NCBI GenBank assembly: GCA_021163365.1 | Contig: JAGGWW010000006.1 | Coordinates: forward strand, 4,123-68,122 | From: Nanobdellota archaeon | GTDB taxonomy: Archaea > Nanobdellota > Nanobdellia > CSSed11-243R1 | DNA length: 64,000 nt | Direction of reading: 5' to 3' | Shown here: piece by piece, positions 9,871 to 18,914 of the stretch | How positions within the stretch are numbered: the first letter of the stretch is position 1 | Layout of the letters: the number at the start of each line of letters is the position of its first letter | Program-made: the position numbers and the translations under genes | The notes under the pieces: model-generated | Seen by the model: only the letters and a program-made list of their open reading frames with translations | Database searches by the model: none | Told to the model about the DNA's origin: nothing

Positions 9871-12800
9871 ATGAAGCCAATTGATATAAAAGATAAAATA
9901 CCAAAAGAGCTATTTGAAAAATTAACTATTGATAAGTTTACTCCACCACAGGAGCTTGCAATAAAAAAGGGTTTGTTAGATGGTAAAAATCTTGTTGTTG
10001 CAAGCCCAACAGCATCTGGTAAAACACTAATTGCTGAAATAGCATGTGTTAAAAACATTCTTGAAAAAGGTGGGAAAGCAATTTATTTAACACCTTTAAA
10101 ATCTCTTGCTTCTGAGAAATATAATGAGTTCAAAGAAAAGTATCCTTTTCTAAACATAATGCTTTCAATTGGAGACTATGACTCAAGTGACCCATGGCTT
10201 CAAAAAGCAGACATTATTGTTTGCTCAAATGAAAAGCTTGATTCTTTGATAAGACACAATGTACCATGGCTACATGAGATTAACACTATTGTAATAGATG
10301 AAATTCATGTTTTAGACCAACCAGACAGAGGACCCACTCTTGAAATATTAATAACAAGACTAAAAGAATTTTGTAAAAATGCACAAATAATTGCGCTCTC
10401 TGCAACAATTCAAAATGCAAAAGAGTTAGCAGAATGGTTAAATGCAAATCTTGTGAAAAGCAATTATCGTCCAGTTGAACTTGAATATGGAGTTTATCTT
10501 GATGGCAAACTTTACTTTGAAGATAAAACTATTGATTTGCCAGAAGCAAAAATACCAGAGCATCAAATAATAAAAGATACTTTAAACATGAAAAAACAAA
10601 TACTGATTTTTCTTTCAAGCAGAAGAAATGCGGAAGCTGTTGCAAAAAATGCAAAAACAGTTGTTGAAAGATATTTGACAAAAGAAGAAAAAGAAAAACT
10701 TCAAAAAATAAGTGATGAGATATTACATGTTTTAGAATCTCCAACAAAACAATGTGAAGTTTTAAGTGAATGTGTAAAACATGGTGTTGCTTTTCATCAT
10801 GCAGGGCTTGTTGGAAAACAGCAAAGGATGATTGAAGAAGCATTTAAACAAGGACTAATTAAATTAATAGCTGCAACTCCAACTCTTTGTCTTGACGCTT
10901 CTGTTGAGATTTGGAATGGGATGAAAAATGTTAAAGTATCAGAAATGAAGCATAACTCTGTTTGGGCATTAAGCAAAGATAAGCTTCTGCAAATTCATCC
11001 AAAACAAGTTAATATTCTTGAAGCTCCAAAAGAAATGGTGGAATTAATTACTACATCTGGAGATAGAATAACACTAACAAAGAACCATAAAATATTAATA
11101 AAAAGGGGCAAAAAGAAGCTTTTAATACCTGCTAGTGAAGTAGAAGCTGGAGATAAAGTGGCACTTGCAGGAAATCTCAGAATGGAAGGGATGTCAGTTA
11201 AATGGGGTGACTTTCTAAGAGATAAAAAAGTTCCATTTGATGACTTGGAACCAAACGAAGATGTGTTCTATTTCATCGGAGCTATGCTTGGAGATGGGTA
11301 TTCTGGCGCAGAATTAAATAATGATAAGTTAATCTTAAAGGGTAGCCCTTGTATTGTGGGTGAAGATAAAGAAGTATTTGATAGGATAAAGAAACTCTTG
11401 AATAAGTATAAAATACACTATAGAGAAAGGCATAGTTCATATGGTGTTCCCGAATTGATTATTTCTAAATCGAATTGGTTGCGTGAGTTTTTGGCGAGAT
11501 GTGGGGTTGTGAAGGGGGAAGAAAAATTCATAAATGAAAAACTTTTAATGGCGAAAAAAGAATTTCTTGCACATTTAATTCAGGGATTATTTGATACAGA
11601 TGGATGTGTAGAAAAGAAAACGTTAAGAATAAGCTTTTCAAGTAACTCATTTAAATTAATTCACTCTTTGAAAAGAGCTCTTTTAAGATATGGGATTGTC
11701 ACATCTTATAGGAAAAGAAAGTGTGGGGAAATAAAAATCGGAGCTCGTAAATATGAAACAAAAGAAAATTTCGAACTGTACATTCAACATAGAGAAAGCA
11801 TACTTAAGTTTTATCAACAGATAGGATTTGGCATAAAAAGAAAACAAAAGGAATTAGAAAAAATAGTAAAAAGAATTAAGAACAATATTGTAAGCGTTAG
11901 TTGTAAAAAATGTGGGTATACTTTACCAACTGAGATATTTACTGGAAGGAATTCAAGTCAAAAGAAGTGGGGAAAACAAAGGCTAAAAATAATAACTCTT
12001 TTGGGAAAAGAAAAAGAATTGCCTTCTTCTGAAATTAGAAGGAAACTTGGTTTCGTACCTTGGAAAAAGGAACGAAGATTAAATACACATTTCATACTAA
12101 TTGAAAGAAAAAGAAAGGGGAAGCATGTAATATGGAAACTAAATAGCTTAGGAAAATGGGTGTATAAAAATGTAATTAAAGGTAATAAGAGCATTAAAGA
12201 CGCCATTGGGGATAGATGCCCAATATGTAATGCAAAGCTTAAGAAAAACCTAAAAGGAACTTGGAAAAAAGAAGATTTTGAAGGTGATATATACTGGTGC
12301 AAATTAAAAGAAATACATAAGGTTGCTCCAACCACAGATAAAGTTTATGACATAGTTCTCTCAAATGGTAACCATGACCACCTTTTTGTTGCGAATGGTT
12401 TTATTGTCCATAATTCTTTTGGTGTCAATCTTCCAAGCCACACAGTTCTTGTAAGGGATTTAAAAAGATATTCTCCAGAATATGGTAGCAATTGGATTCC
12501 TGTTTTGGAAGTTCAACAGTTTTTTGGAAGAGCTGGGCGTCCAAAGTTTGACAAAGAAGGAAGAGCTTTAATGATTGCTCGCTCAGAAATAGAAAAAGAT
12601 GAAATTTTTGAAAAGTATGTTAAGGGCGAGCCAGAAGAAATCTATTCAAAGCTTTCAGCTGAGCCAATTCTTAGAATGCAAGTTCTTGGATTAATTGCAA
12701 CTGGAGAGATTTCAAACAAGAAAAATTTGCTAAATTTTTTCTCAAAAACATTTTTTGCATATCAATATTCAGACATAAAAAGAATTGAGGTAAAGCTTGA

Positions 12801-13539
12801 CAAAATCATAAAATTGCTAATCGATTATGGATTTTTGATAAAACATAAAGATAAAATTCTTCCAACCCAAATTGGGAAAAGAGTTGCAGAGCTTTACATT
12901 GACCCAGAATCAGCTCACTTGTTAATTGAAAAAATAAAAACAAAAAGAAAAAGTGAAATCTTTTGGTTGCATGCGATTTGCTCATGCACAGAAATGTTTC
13001 CTTTACTTAAGGTTTCACCAAAAGAGTTTAACGACTTTCAAAAGATTTACCTTGATTTTGCAAACGAGCTTGATGAGCCAAATCCTTGGGATTTAAATTA
13101 CGAGACATGGATAAATGCTTTTAAAACAGCTTTAATGCTTTTTGATTGGATAAATGAAAAAACAGAAGCAAGAATACTTGAGGAATATAAGGAAACACCA
13201 GGTGTCTTAAGAAACAGAATATACATTGCTGACTGGCTTCTTTATTCTGCTTATGAATTAGCAAGGATTATGAAAGCAAAAGAATTGCTCTTGCCACTTA
13301 ACAAATTGCGCTTAAGAGTTAAAAACGGTATTAAAGAAGAATTGCTTAATCTTCTTCAGCTTGAAGGAATTGGAAGGGTTAAAGCAAGAAAGCTTTATCG
13401 CGCTGGCATAAAAAAGATTTCAGATATCAAAAAAGTTCCTCAAGAAAAATTAGCAGAAATAATTGGTCCCAAAACAGCGCTAAAGGTAAAAAAGCAGGTT
13501 GAGAAAAATTTAAATTCAAAACAAACAACTATTAATTAG
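9871..13539 (+). CDS. hel308: Hel308/Hjm-type Ski2-like DNA helicase, interrupted by an in-frame intein
   Basis: Walker A ASPTASGKT; DEIH box (IVIDEIHVL). The helicase motif ATPTL...GVNLP is split by a 509-aa insertion. C-terminal region has HhH-like ELLNLLQLEGIGRVKARKL. Confidence 0.8.
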   Translation: MKPIDIKDKIPKELFEKLTIDKFTPPQELAIKKGLLDGKNLVVASPTASGKTLIAEIACVKNILEKGGKAIYLTPLKSLASEKYNEFKEKYPFLNIMLSIGDYDSSDPWLQKADIIVCSNEKLDSLIRHNVPWLHEINTIVIDEIHVLDQPDRGPTLEILITRLKEFCKNAQIIALSATIQNAKELAEWLNANLVKSNYRPVELEYGVYLDGKLYFEDKTIDLPEAKIPEHQIIKDTLNMKKQILIFLSSRRNAEAVAKNAKTVVERYLTKEEKEKLQKISDEILHVLESPTKQCEVLSECVKHGVAFHHAGLVGKQQRMIEEAFKQGLIKLIAATPTLCLDASVEIWNGMKNVKVSEMKHNSVWALSKDKLLQIHPKQVNILEAPKEMVELITTSGDRITLTKNHKILIKRGKKKLLIPASEVEAGDKVALAGNLRMEGMSVKWGDFLRDKKVPFDDLEPNEDVFYFIGAMLGDGYSGAELNNDKLILKGSPCIVGEDKEVFDRIKKLLNKYKIHYRERHSSYGVPELIISKSNWLREFLARCGVVKGEEKFINEKLLMAKKEFLAHLIQGLFDTDGCVEKKTLRISFSSNSFKLIHSLKRALLRYGIVTSYRKRKCGEIKIGARKYETKENFELYIQHRESILKFYQQIGFGIKRKQKELEKIVKRIKNNIVSVSCKKCGYTLPTEIFTGRNSSQKKWGKQRLKIITLLGKEKELPSSEIRRKLGFVPWKKERRLNTHFILIERKRKGKHVIWKLNSLGKWVYKNVIKGNKSIKDAIGDRCPICNAKLKKNLKGTWKKEDFEGDIYWCKLKEIHKVAPTTDKVYDIVLSNGNHDHLFVANGFIVHNSFGVNLPSHTVLVRDLKRYSPEYGSNWIPVLEVQQFFGRAGRPKFDKEGRALMIARSEIEKDEIFEKYVKGEPEEIYSKLSAEPILRMQVLGLIATGEISNKKNLLNFFSKTFFAYQYSDIKRIEVKLDKIIKLLIDYGFLIKHKDKILPTQIGKRVAELYIDPESAHLLIEKIKTKRKSEIFWLHAICSCTEMFPLLKVSPKEFNDFQKIYLDFANELDEPNPWDLNYETWINAFKTALMLFDWINEKTEARILEEYKETPGVLRNRIYIADWLLYSAYELARIMKAKELLLPLNKLRLRVKNGIKEELLNLLQLEGIGRVKARKLYRAGIKKISDIKKVPQEKLAEIIGPKTALKVKKQVEKNLNSKQTTIN
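10888..12414 (+). mobile_element. intein with LAGLIDADG homing endonuclease domain inside hel308
   Basis: Begins with Cys (ATPTL|CLDAS) and ends ...IVHN|S (His-Asn then Ser +1 nucleophile). Two LAGLIDADG-like motifs (FYFIGAMLGDGYSG, LIQGLFDTDGCV). Removing it restores ATPTL-SFGVNLPS. Confidence 0.75.
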
Positions 13540-13542
13540 GGG

Positions 13543-13797
13543 GTGCATGAAGTGGGAGAAGCAATAGAATCTGGTTTCTTTGAATCTCAATTAGAAAAAA
13601 CTGCGCATGAAAAAATAAACATTGGAGGTAAAGAAATTTCTTTAAAAGGTGTGACATATGTAAAACCATATCTTTATAGATTAATAGAAGACAGATTAGA
13701 ACACCACAATTTTCTTGTTATGGGAAACAATGTTTATTTTAAACACGAAGGAGAAATATACACCTGGCATGGAAATAAACTTATGATAAAGAAATAA
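13543..13797 (+). CDS. hypothetical small protein
   Basis: 84-aa ORF directly after hel308. No motif. Confidence 0.25.
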   Translation: MHEVGEAIESGFFESQLEKTAHEKINIGGKEISLKGVTYVKPYLYRLIEDRLEHHNFLVMGNNVYFKHEGEIYTWHGNKLMIKK

Positions 13798-13799
13798 GT

Positions 13800-13981
13800 G
13801 GGGCCGTGGTCTAGCAAACCCTTTCTTCCGAAGAAAGCCTTGGGAAAGAAGGGTTTGGGCAACTTGGTCTAGGATGCGTGCCTGGGGCGCACGTGGTCCC
13901 GAGTGACCCTTTTCTTAAGAAGAAAAGCGTCAACGGAAAAGAACTTAAATTGGTCCGGGAATTCAAATCTCGGCGGCCCCA
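13800..13981 (+). tRNA. tRNA-Pro(GGG) with two non-canonical introns (D-loop and T-loop)
   Basis: Acceptor GGGGCCG/CGGCCCC plus A73. Anticodon stem-loop CGTGC-CTGGGGC-GCACG (GGG at 13884..13886). T-arm CCGAG...TTCAAAT-CTCGG split by ~58 nt (13904..13961). D-loop split by ~50 nt (~13816..13865). Exact splice boundaries unresolved. Confidence 0.5.
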
Positions 13982-14021
13982 CTTAAAAAACTTTAAATCA
14001 ATCAATTGCTTTTAATTTTAC

Positions 14022-14534
14022 ATGGAATTTTTTGATGTTTTAAAAAATAGGCATTCTATTCGCTCCTTTAAACAAAAAGAAATAGAAGAAGATAAACTAA
14101 AGAAAATAATTGAAGCTGCAATATCTGCACCCTCTGCTGGAAATTTGCAATCGTATGACATTGTTGTTGTAAAAAATCCATTTAATAAAGAAAGAATTGC
14201 ACAAGCAAGCTTAAACCAAGATTTCATTGCAGAAGCACCAGTTGTTTTAATATTCCTTGCAAACAAAAAAAGAGCATCAAAATATGGAAAAAGAGGAAAA
14301 GAACTTTATTGTGTGCAAGATGCAACAATTGCTGCAGCATACTCACAGCTTGCAGCTGTTGATTTGGGGCTTTCAAGTGTTTGGATTGGTGCATTTGATG
14401 AAGAAAAAATAAGAAAAATAATAAAAGCTCCAGATTATGCAATACCAGTAGCCATATTACCAATAGGTTACCCAGCTGAAGAACCGTATAAAACACAAAG
14501 AAGAAAGGATGTGATTCATGATGAAAAGTGGTAA
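14022..14534 (+). CDS. nitroreductase family protein
   Basis: LKNRHSIRSF N-terminal nitroreductase signature. 170 aa. Confidence 0.7.
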   Translation: MEFFDVLKNRHSIRSFKQKEIEEDKLKKIIEAAISAPSAGNLQSYDIVVVKNPFNKERIAQASLNQDFIAEAPVVLIFLANKKRASKYGKRGKELYCVQDATIAAAYSQLAAVDLGLSSVWIGAFDEEKIRKIIKAPDYAIPVAILPIGYPAEEPYKTQRRKDVIHDEKW

Positions 14535-14667
14535 TAGGATATTTAACTTGTTTGCTGATGGTGGGGATGAAATAATAAAATTCATTAAAAAAAGCAAATG
14601 GCATGCTTTATTAATTGGCTTTTTGTGCTTTATCTCACCAGTAAATTTAATTATGTGGATTATGGTA

Positions 14668-16059
14668 TTATGCGCTCTTTACAGAAAGTGAGTTAAACAA
14701 TTCAACAAAAAGCCTAACACCCCAACCAGTTGCACCTTTTTTATAATAATCTTTATTTTCCTTTGACCAAAAAGTTCCAGCCATGTCTATGTGCGCCCAT
14801 GGTATTTCATCGACAAATTCCTTTAAAAATGCTGCAGCTGTAAGTGATCCTGCAGCACCATTATCATATCCAATGTTCTTAATATCTGCTATATCACTTT
14901 TAATTGCCTCTGAATATTCTTTGTATAAAGGAAGCTTCCAAACCTTTTCATTTGTTTTTTCTCCTGCTTTAAAAATTAAATCTGTTAACTTATCATCATT
15001 TCCAACTAAACCTGCAACATGATAACCCAAAGCAACAACACAAGCACCAGTAAGTGTTGCAATATCAATAATTGCTTTTGGTTTTTTTCTTGCAACAAAA
15101 TAAAGGGCATCTGCAAGTGCAAGTCTTCCTTCAGCATCTGTGTTTATCACTTCAACTGTTTTTCCAGACATTGATTTTAAAACATCTCCTGGCTTCATAG
15201 CATTTCCACCAGGCATATTCTCAACACATGGAATCACTGCAATAATGTTAACTGGTAATCTTAATTCTGCAATTGCGTTTATTGCACAAGCAACAGCTGC
15301 GCCTCCTGCCATATCTCCTTTCATTTCATGCATGCCCTGCGATGGTTTAAGTGAAATACCACCAGAATCAAAAGTTATGCCTTTTCCAACAAGAGCGTAA
15401 AAATCTTTTTTCTTAGTTCCTTTATATTCAATTACAACAAGCTTTGGCTCCTTTCTTGTTCCTTGAGCAACGCCTAAAAAACAACCCATTCCCATTTTCT
15501 TAATTTGTTTTTCATTGTAAATCTTTATCTTAAGTTTGTTCTTCTTAGAAATCTCTGCAATTCTATCAGCAAAAGCATCTGGTGTTGCATGATTTGCTGG
15601 GTCATTAACAAAATCTCTTGCTAAACAAACATACTTTGATACGGTTTCTCCAAACCTTATGCCTTTTTTAATTTCATTCAAATTCTTTTTTGAAAGAATT
15701 GTAACATGCTTTAGCTTGTGATTTTCTTTTTTTGTTTTAAATTTATCAAAATCATAAGATGAGAGAATTACACCTTCAACCAAACACTTACTTGCTTCAT
15801 AATAATCATTCACATTTGGAAAAACAATAGAAAGCTCATCAACCTTAAACTCTTTTGCAAGATTAGCTGCTTTTGCTCCAAGTTTTCTTATATTTTCTAA
15901 ACCATAATCTTCTAAAAATACTTCAATAACTCTCTGTGCTAAAAACCTATTTTTAATTATATCAATCTTTTTCTTTTTGTCCTTTTTTGGGATTACAAGA
16001 AGTTTTGTTTTAACTCTATCTGGAGCTAAGTCAGATACATTTATCTTCATAACAATCAC
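14668..16059 (-). CDS. pepA: leucyl aminopeptidase (M17)
   Basis: NTDAEGRLALADAL M17 signature and metal-ligand region. Confidence 0.8.
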   Translation of the reverse strand: MIVMKINVSDLAPDRVKTKLLVIPKKDKKKKIDIIKNRFLAQRVIEVFLEDYGLENIRKLGAKAANLAKEFKVDELSIVFPNVNDYYEASKCLVEGVILSSYDFDKFKTKKENHKLKHVTILSKKNLNEIKKGIRFGETVSKYVCLARDFVNDPANHATPDAFADRIAEISKKNKLKIKIYNEKQIKKMGMGCFLGVAQGTRKEPKLVVIEYKGTKKKDFYALVGKGITFDSGGISLKPSQGMHEMKGDMAGGAAVACAINAIAELRLPVNIIAVIPCVENMPGGNAMKPGDVLKSMSGKTVEVINTDAEGRLALADALYFVARKKPKAIIDIATLTGACVVALGYHVAGLVGNDDKLTDLIFKAGEKTNEKVWKLPLYKEYSEAIKSDIADIKNIGYDNGAAGSLTAAAFLKEFVDEIPWAHIDMAGTFWSKENKDYYKKGATGWGVRLFVELFNSLSVKSA

Positions 16060-16272
16060 CTACTCAATGTGAATCGCATTAACAGGGCAATGCTTTGCTG
16101 CTTCTTCATTGCATCCAACATCTTCAACTTCTTTTTCATAATGGTCATTAACCTTTTTTGAGCCTTTTAATGTAGATTTTCCATCGTCGCTCATTTCCCA
16201 ATGTTCTGGACAAATTGATGCGCAAAATCCACAACCCACACATTTTTCTCTTTCATGAATTATCTTTGCCAT
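16060..16272 (-). CDS. 4Fe-4S ferredoxin
   Basis: CVGCGFCASICP and C..CP cysteine clusters. 70 aa. Confidence 0.65.
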   Translation of the reverse strand: MAKIIHEREKCVGCGFCASICPEHWEMSDDGKSTLKGSKKVNDHYEKEVEDVGCNEEAAKHCPVNAIHIE

Positions 16273-16435
16273 AGAATTATCTTAAACAAGAGAGTTAATA
16301 TTATTTTCCATTTAGATAAAGCTACTACAAAGACAGCAGCATATTAAGAAAAGATTCTACTATCACTTTATAGTTGCATCACAAATAAAAACTTTCCCCA
16401 AAGGTTTTATAAATTTGCTTATTTAAAGATAAACT

Positions 16436-17848
16436 ATGGCAAATACAAAAAAAGTAGTTGGGGTTTTGTCTCTCTTATTAATAAGTTTAATTATAGTTAA
16501 TACAGCTAATGCTGATTTAAGCGATTTGCTTTACAGCGTTAGCGTAATAAATGATAAAGCAAGACCAGGGGAAAATTTAGAATATAATGTAACATTAAAA
16601 AATGAGGGAAGTCAAGAGCTTCCAATAAGTTTAAACCTTCTTTTTACTGGCTATGCAAAAATAACACCAAGTAGTTTTACTTTAGAGCCAGGAGAAACAA
16701 AAGTTGTTCATGTTAGTTTAACAGTAAAACCAGAACAAAAACCAGGAAAGATAATTGTTAAGTTGCTTGTTTTTTCAAATGGTGAATCTTTGGACTCACC
16801 AATACCTCTTCAAGGAGAAATTTTAGAATCAATGGCTGCATACTCAAATGTTAAAATATTATCAGTTGAATTTCCAAAAGAAATTGATTTAAGAAATCCA
16901 TTTTCATTCAATATGACAATTGATAACCCAGTAAAAACAGTTAATGCAACTCTTGAAATTGATGCTGATTTTGAAAATGATGAACAAATCATTCAACATC
17001 CGCAAACAATTACAATACCTGAAGGAACAAATGAAATAACAGTTGAAAACATAAGCTTTCCATTAAGTGTGTCTTCCGGAAACCATTCAATAACGATAAG
17101 AATTAGATTTGCAGAAGACATATTCACACAATCAACCATTCAAACAAATGTTTTAGGATTCTCAGAATGCGAAACAAAAGAAGATGTTAATGTATCAATA
17201 TTTGGAAAAACATACAAAGCAACAGTTGTAAATTTAGGAAACGCAGCAACAATTTGTAAAGTAGATACAAAGATATCAAAGATAGAAAAATTGTTACTTG
17301 TTTCTGCAAGCGAAGGATACAAAATAGAAAACAACAAGATAAAATGGGAAGTTAAACTTGAACCGCGAACCAAAGCAGTAGTTGAATTTAAAGTTAATTA
17401 TACACCTTTGTTAATAATACCATTTATACTAATTGCAATTGCTATTGCAATATGGTATCTAACAAGAAAAATAGATGTTAAAAAAGAACTTGTGAGTCAT
17501 AAAAGACACCCAAGCTTTTTAGACTTAAAGATACAAATTAAAATAAGAAACCTAACAAATAAAGAATTAAAAAGAGTGAAAATAACAGAGCCTCTTCCAG
17601 CTTTTGTTAAAGAAGTGAGAGATTACGGAACTGTTCCTGGAAGGGTTGTTAAAAAAGGAAAACAAAAAGTTATAACTTGGGAAATAGAAAAACTTAATCC
17701 AAAAGAAGAAAGGGTTCTTTCATACACAATAAGAACATCAATTGTTGTATTAGGAAACATAATTTTCCCACCAACAAAAGTTGAGTTCAGAGATGACAAG
17801 ATGATAAGAGAAGAAGCCTCGAATGCGCTCACAATTCAAATAGAGTAA
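16436..17848 (+). CDS. secreted/membrane-anchored protein with CARDB/DUF11-like beta domains
   Basis: N-terminal signal/TM (VVGVLSLLLISLIIVNTANA). Repeated motif APGE..V.V.N.G typical of CARDB-like domains. TM helix LLIIPFILIAIAIAIWYL near residue 325. Confidence 0.45.
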   Translation: MANTKKVVGVLSLLLISLIIVNTANADLSDLLYSVSVINDKARPGENLEYNVTLKNEGSQELPISLNLLFTGYAKITPSSFTLEPGETKVVHVSLTVKPEQKPGKIIVKLLVFSNGESLDSPIPLQGEILESMAAYSNVKILSVEFPKEIDLRNPFSFNMTIDNPVKTVNATLEIDADFENDEQIIQHPQTITIPEGTNEITVENISFPLSVSSGNHSITIRIRFAEDIFTQSTIQTNVLGFSECETKEDVNVSIFGKTYKATVVNLGNAATICKVDTKISKIEKLLLVSASEGYKIENNKIKWEVKLEPRTKAVVEFKVNYTPLLIIPFILIAIAIAIWYLTRKIDVKKELVSHKRHPSFLDLKIQIKIRNLTNKELKRVKITEPLPAFVKEVRDYGTVPGRVVKKGKQKVITWEIEKLNPKEERVLSYTIRTSIVVLGNIIFPPTKVEFRDDKMIREEASNALTIQIE

Positions 17849-17883
17849 AGATTATAAATATCTTTTCTATTTCTTTTTTTGTT

Positions 17884-17981
17884 CCCCGCGTAGCTCAATG
17901 GTAGAGCGCTCGGCTGTAGTTGGTTTAACTGGAATTTCAGTTGAAACCGAGAGGTTGCTGGTTCGAATCCGGCCGCGGGGA
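17884..17981 (+). tRNA. tRNA-Tyr(GUA) with canonical-position intron
   Basis: Acceptor CCCCGCG/CGCGGGG with C1:G72 (archaeal Tyr identity). Anticodon stem CTCGG/CCGAG, loop CTGTAG then ~26-nt intron, T-arm GCTGG-TTCGAAT-CCGGC. Confidence 0.6.
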
Positions 17982-17982
17982 T

Positions 17983-18159
17983 GCCCCGATAGTCTAGGCG
18001 CCCTTTCCGCCTTCTTTAGAAAAGAAGGCAGGTTGCCAAGAAAGGGTGGGGAAATGGCCTAGGATCCCGGTCTGTCGAGCGACCTTTTCAGAGAAAAGCT
18101 CGAAAAAGAAGAGGTCGTGTAGCAAGCCGGGGACCCGGGTTCGAATCCCGGTCGGGGCG
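17983..18159 (+). tRNA. tRNA-Asp(GUC) with D-loop intron (carrying a nested insertion) and anticodon-loop intron
   Basis: Acceptor GCCCCGA/TCGGGGC. Anticodon loop CTGTCGA between CCGGT/GCCGG. T-arm CCGGG-TTCGAAT-CCCGG. D-loop interrupted by CGCCCTTTCCGC...GAAAGGGTGGGGAAA. Starts 1 nt after tRNA-Tyr. Confidence 0.6.
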
Positions 18160-18191
18160 CTTTCTTTTAATTTGGAAAATTGTGAGCGTAA

Positions 18192-18701
18192 ATGAAAATA
18201 ATACCAACTGAATTCCGTAATGAAACTAACATATTTACAATTTCTGAGAGCGAGTTATTAGAATTAATTAAATATGCTTTAAAAAATCAAAATGAAATAG
18301 GTGGAAAATTTGAAAATGGAAAATTACAAATAAAAACCTTTGACAGCTGGGTGCCAAAGGAATACAGAATTCATTCTCACCCAAATGGTATTGCATTCCC
18401 ATCTGAAGGAGATATAGACTTGATGATTAATTACATGGGTGGAGGAGTATATCACACAATTGTTGGAGTTAGAAGCGATTTAAAAAGAGCAGTTATCCGC
18501 TCTTATAATATGAAGTTTCAATTAGAAAGAGTTTTAATAAAAACAGAAAAAGGCGCGTATAGTGAAATAAGATATAAAGATGGTGAGCTATCATATTTAT
18601 TTGAAAAAAGAGAAAATGTTCAAATGTGTATAAAAAACATGTGCGATTTTTTACACTTGCAAATGCCTGAGAGCTTCAATAATATGATAATTAATCTTTA
18701 G
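18192..18701 (+). CDS. JAB/MPN+ (JAMM) metalloprotease domain protein
   Basis: HSHPNGIAFPSEGD matches the JAMM motif H.H.(7)S.(2)D, with an upstream Glu (EIGG). Confidence 0.6.
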   Translation: MKIIPTEFRNETNIFTISESELLELIKYALKNQNEIGGKFENGKLQIKTFDSWVPKEYRIHSHPNGIAFPSEGDIDLMINYMGGGVYHTIVGVRSDLKRAVIRSYNMKFQLERVLIKTEKGAYSEIRYKDGELSYLFEKRENVQMCIKNMCDFLHLQMPESFNNMIINL

Positions 18702-18800
18702 CGAAAAGTATATAAATACAAAAAAAAGCCATAAATGATATGTTATGGCTTGCGAAAACCCAATTTTTAGAGAAATTTCTATCAACATTTAATTCATCAA

Positions 18801-18901
18801 GGGCCCGTAGCTCAGCCTGGCAGAGCACCTGTTCAGCTTATGATCTTGCTGAGGTGAAGCTTTTAACCAGGGGGTCAGGGGTTCAAATCCCCTCGGGCCC
18901 A
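18801..18901 (+). tRNA. tRNA-Lys(UUU) with putative non-canonical intron in the anticodon stem
   Basis: Acceptor GGGCCCG/CGGGCCC; D-arm GCTC-AGCCTGGCA-GAGC. Removing ~27 nt (TTCAGCTTATGATCTTGCTGAGGTGAA) yields stem CCTGG/CCAGG around loop CTTTTAA. Confidence 0.55.
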
Positions 18902-18914
18902 TATTGGTGATACA

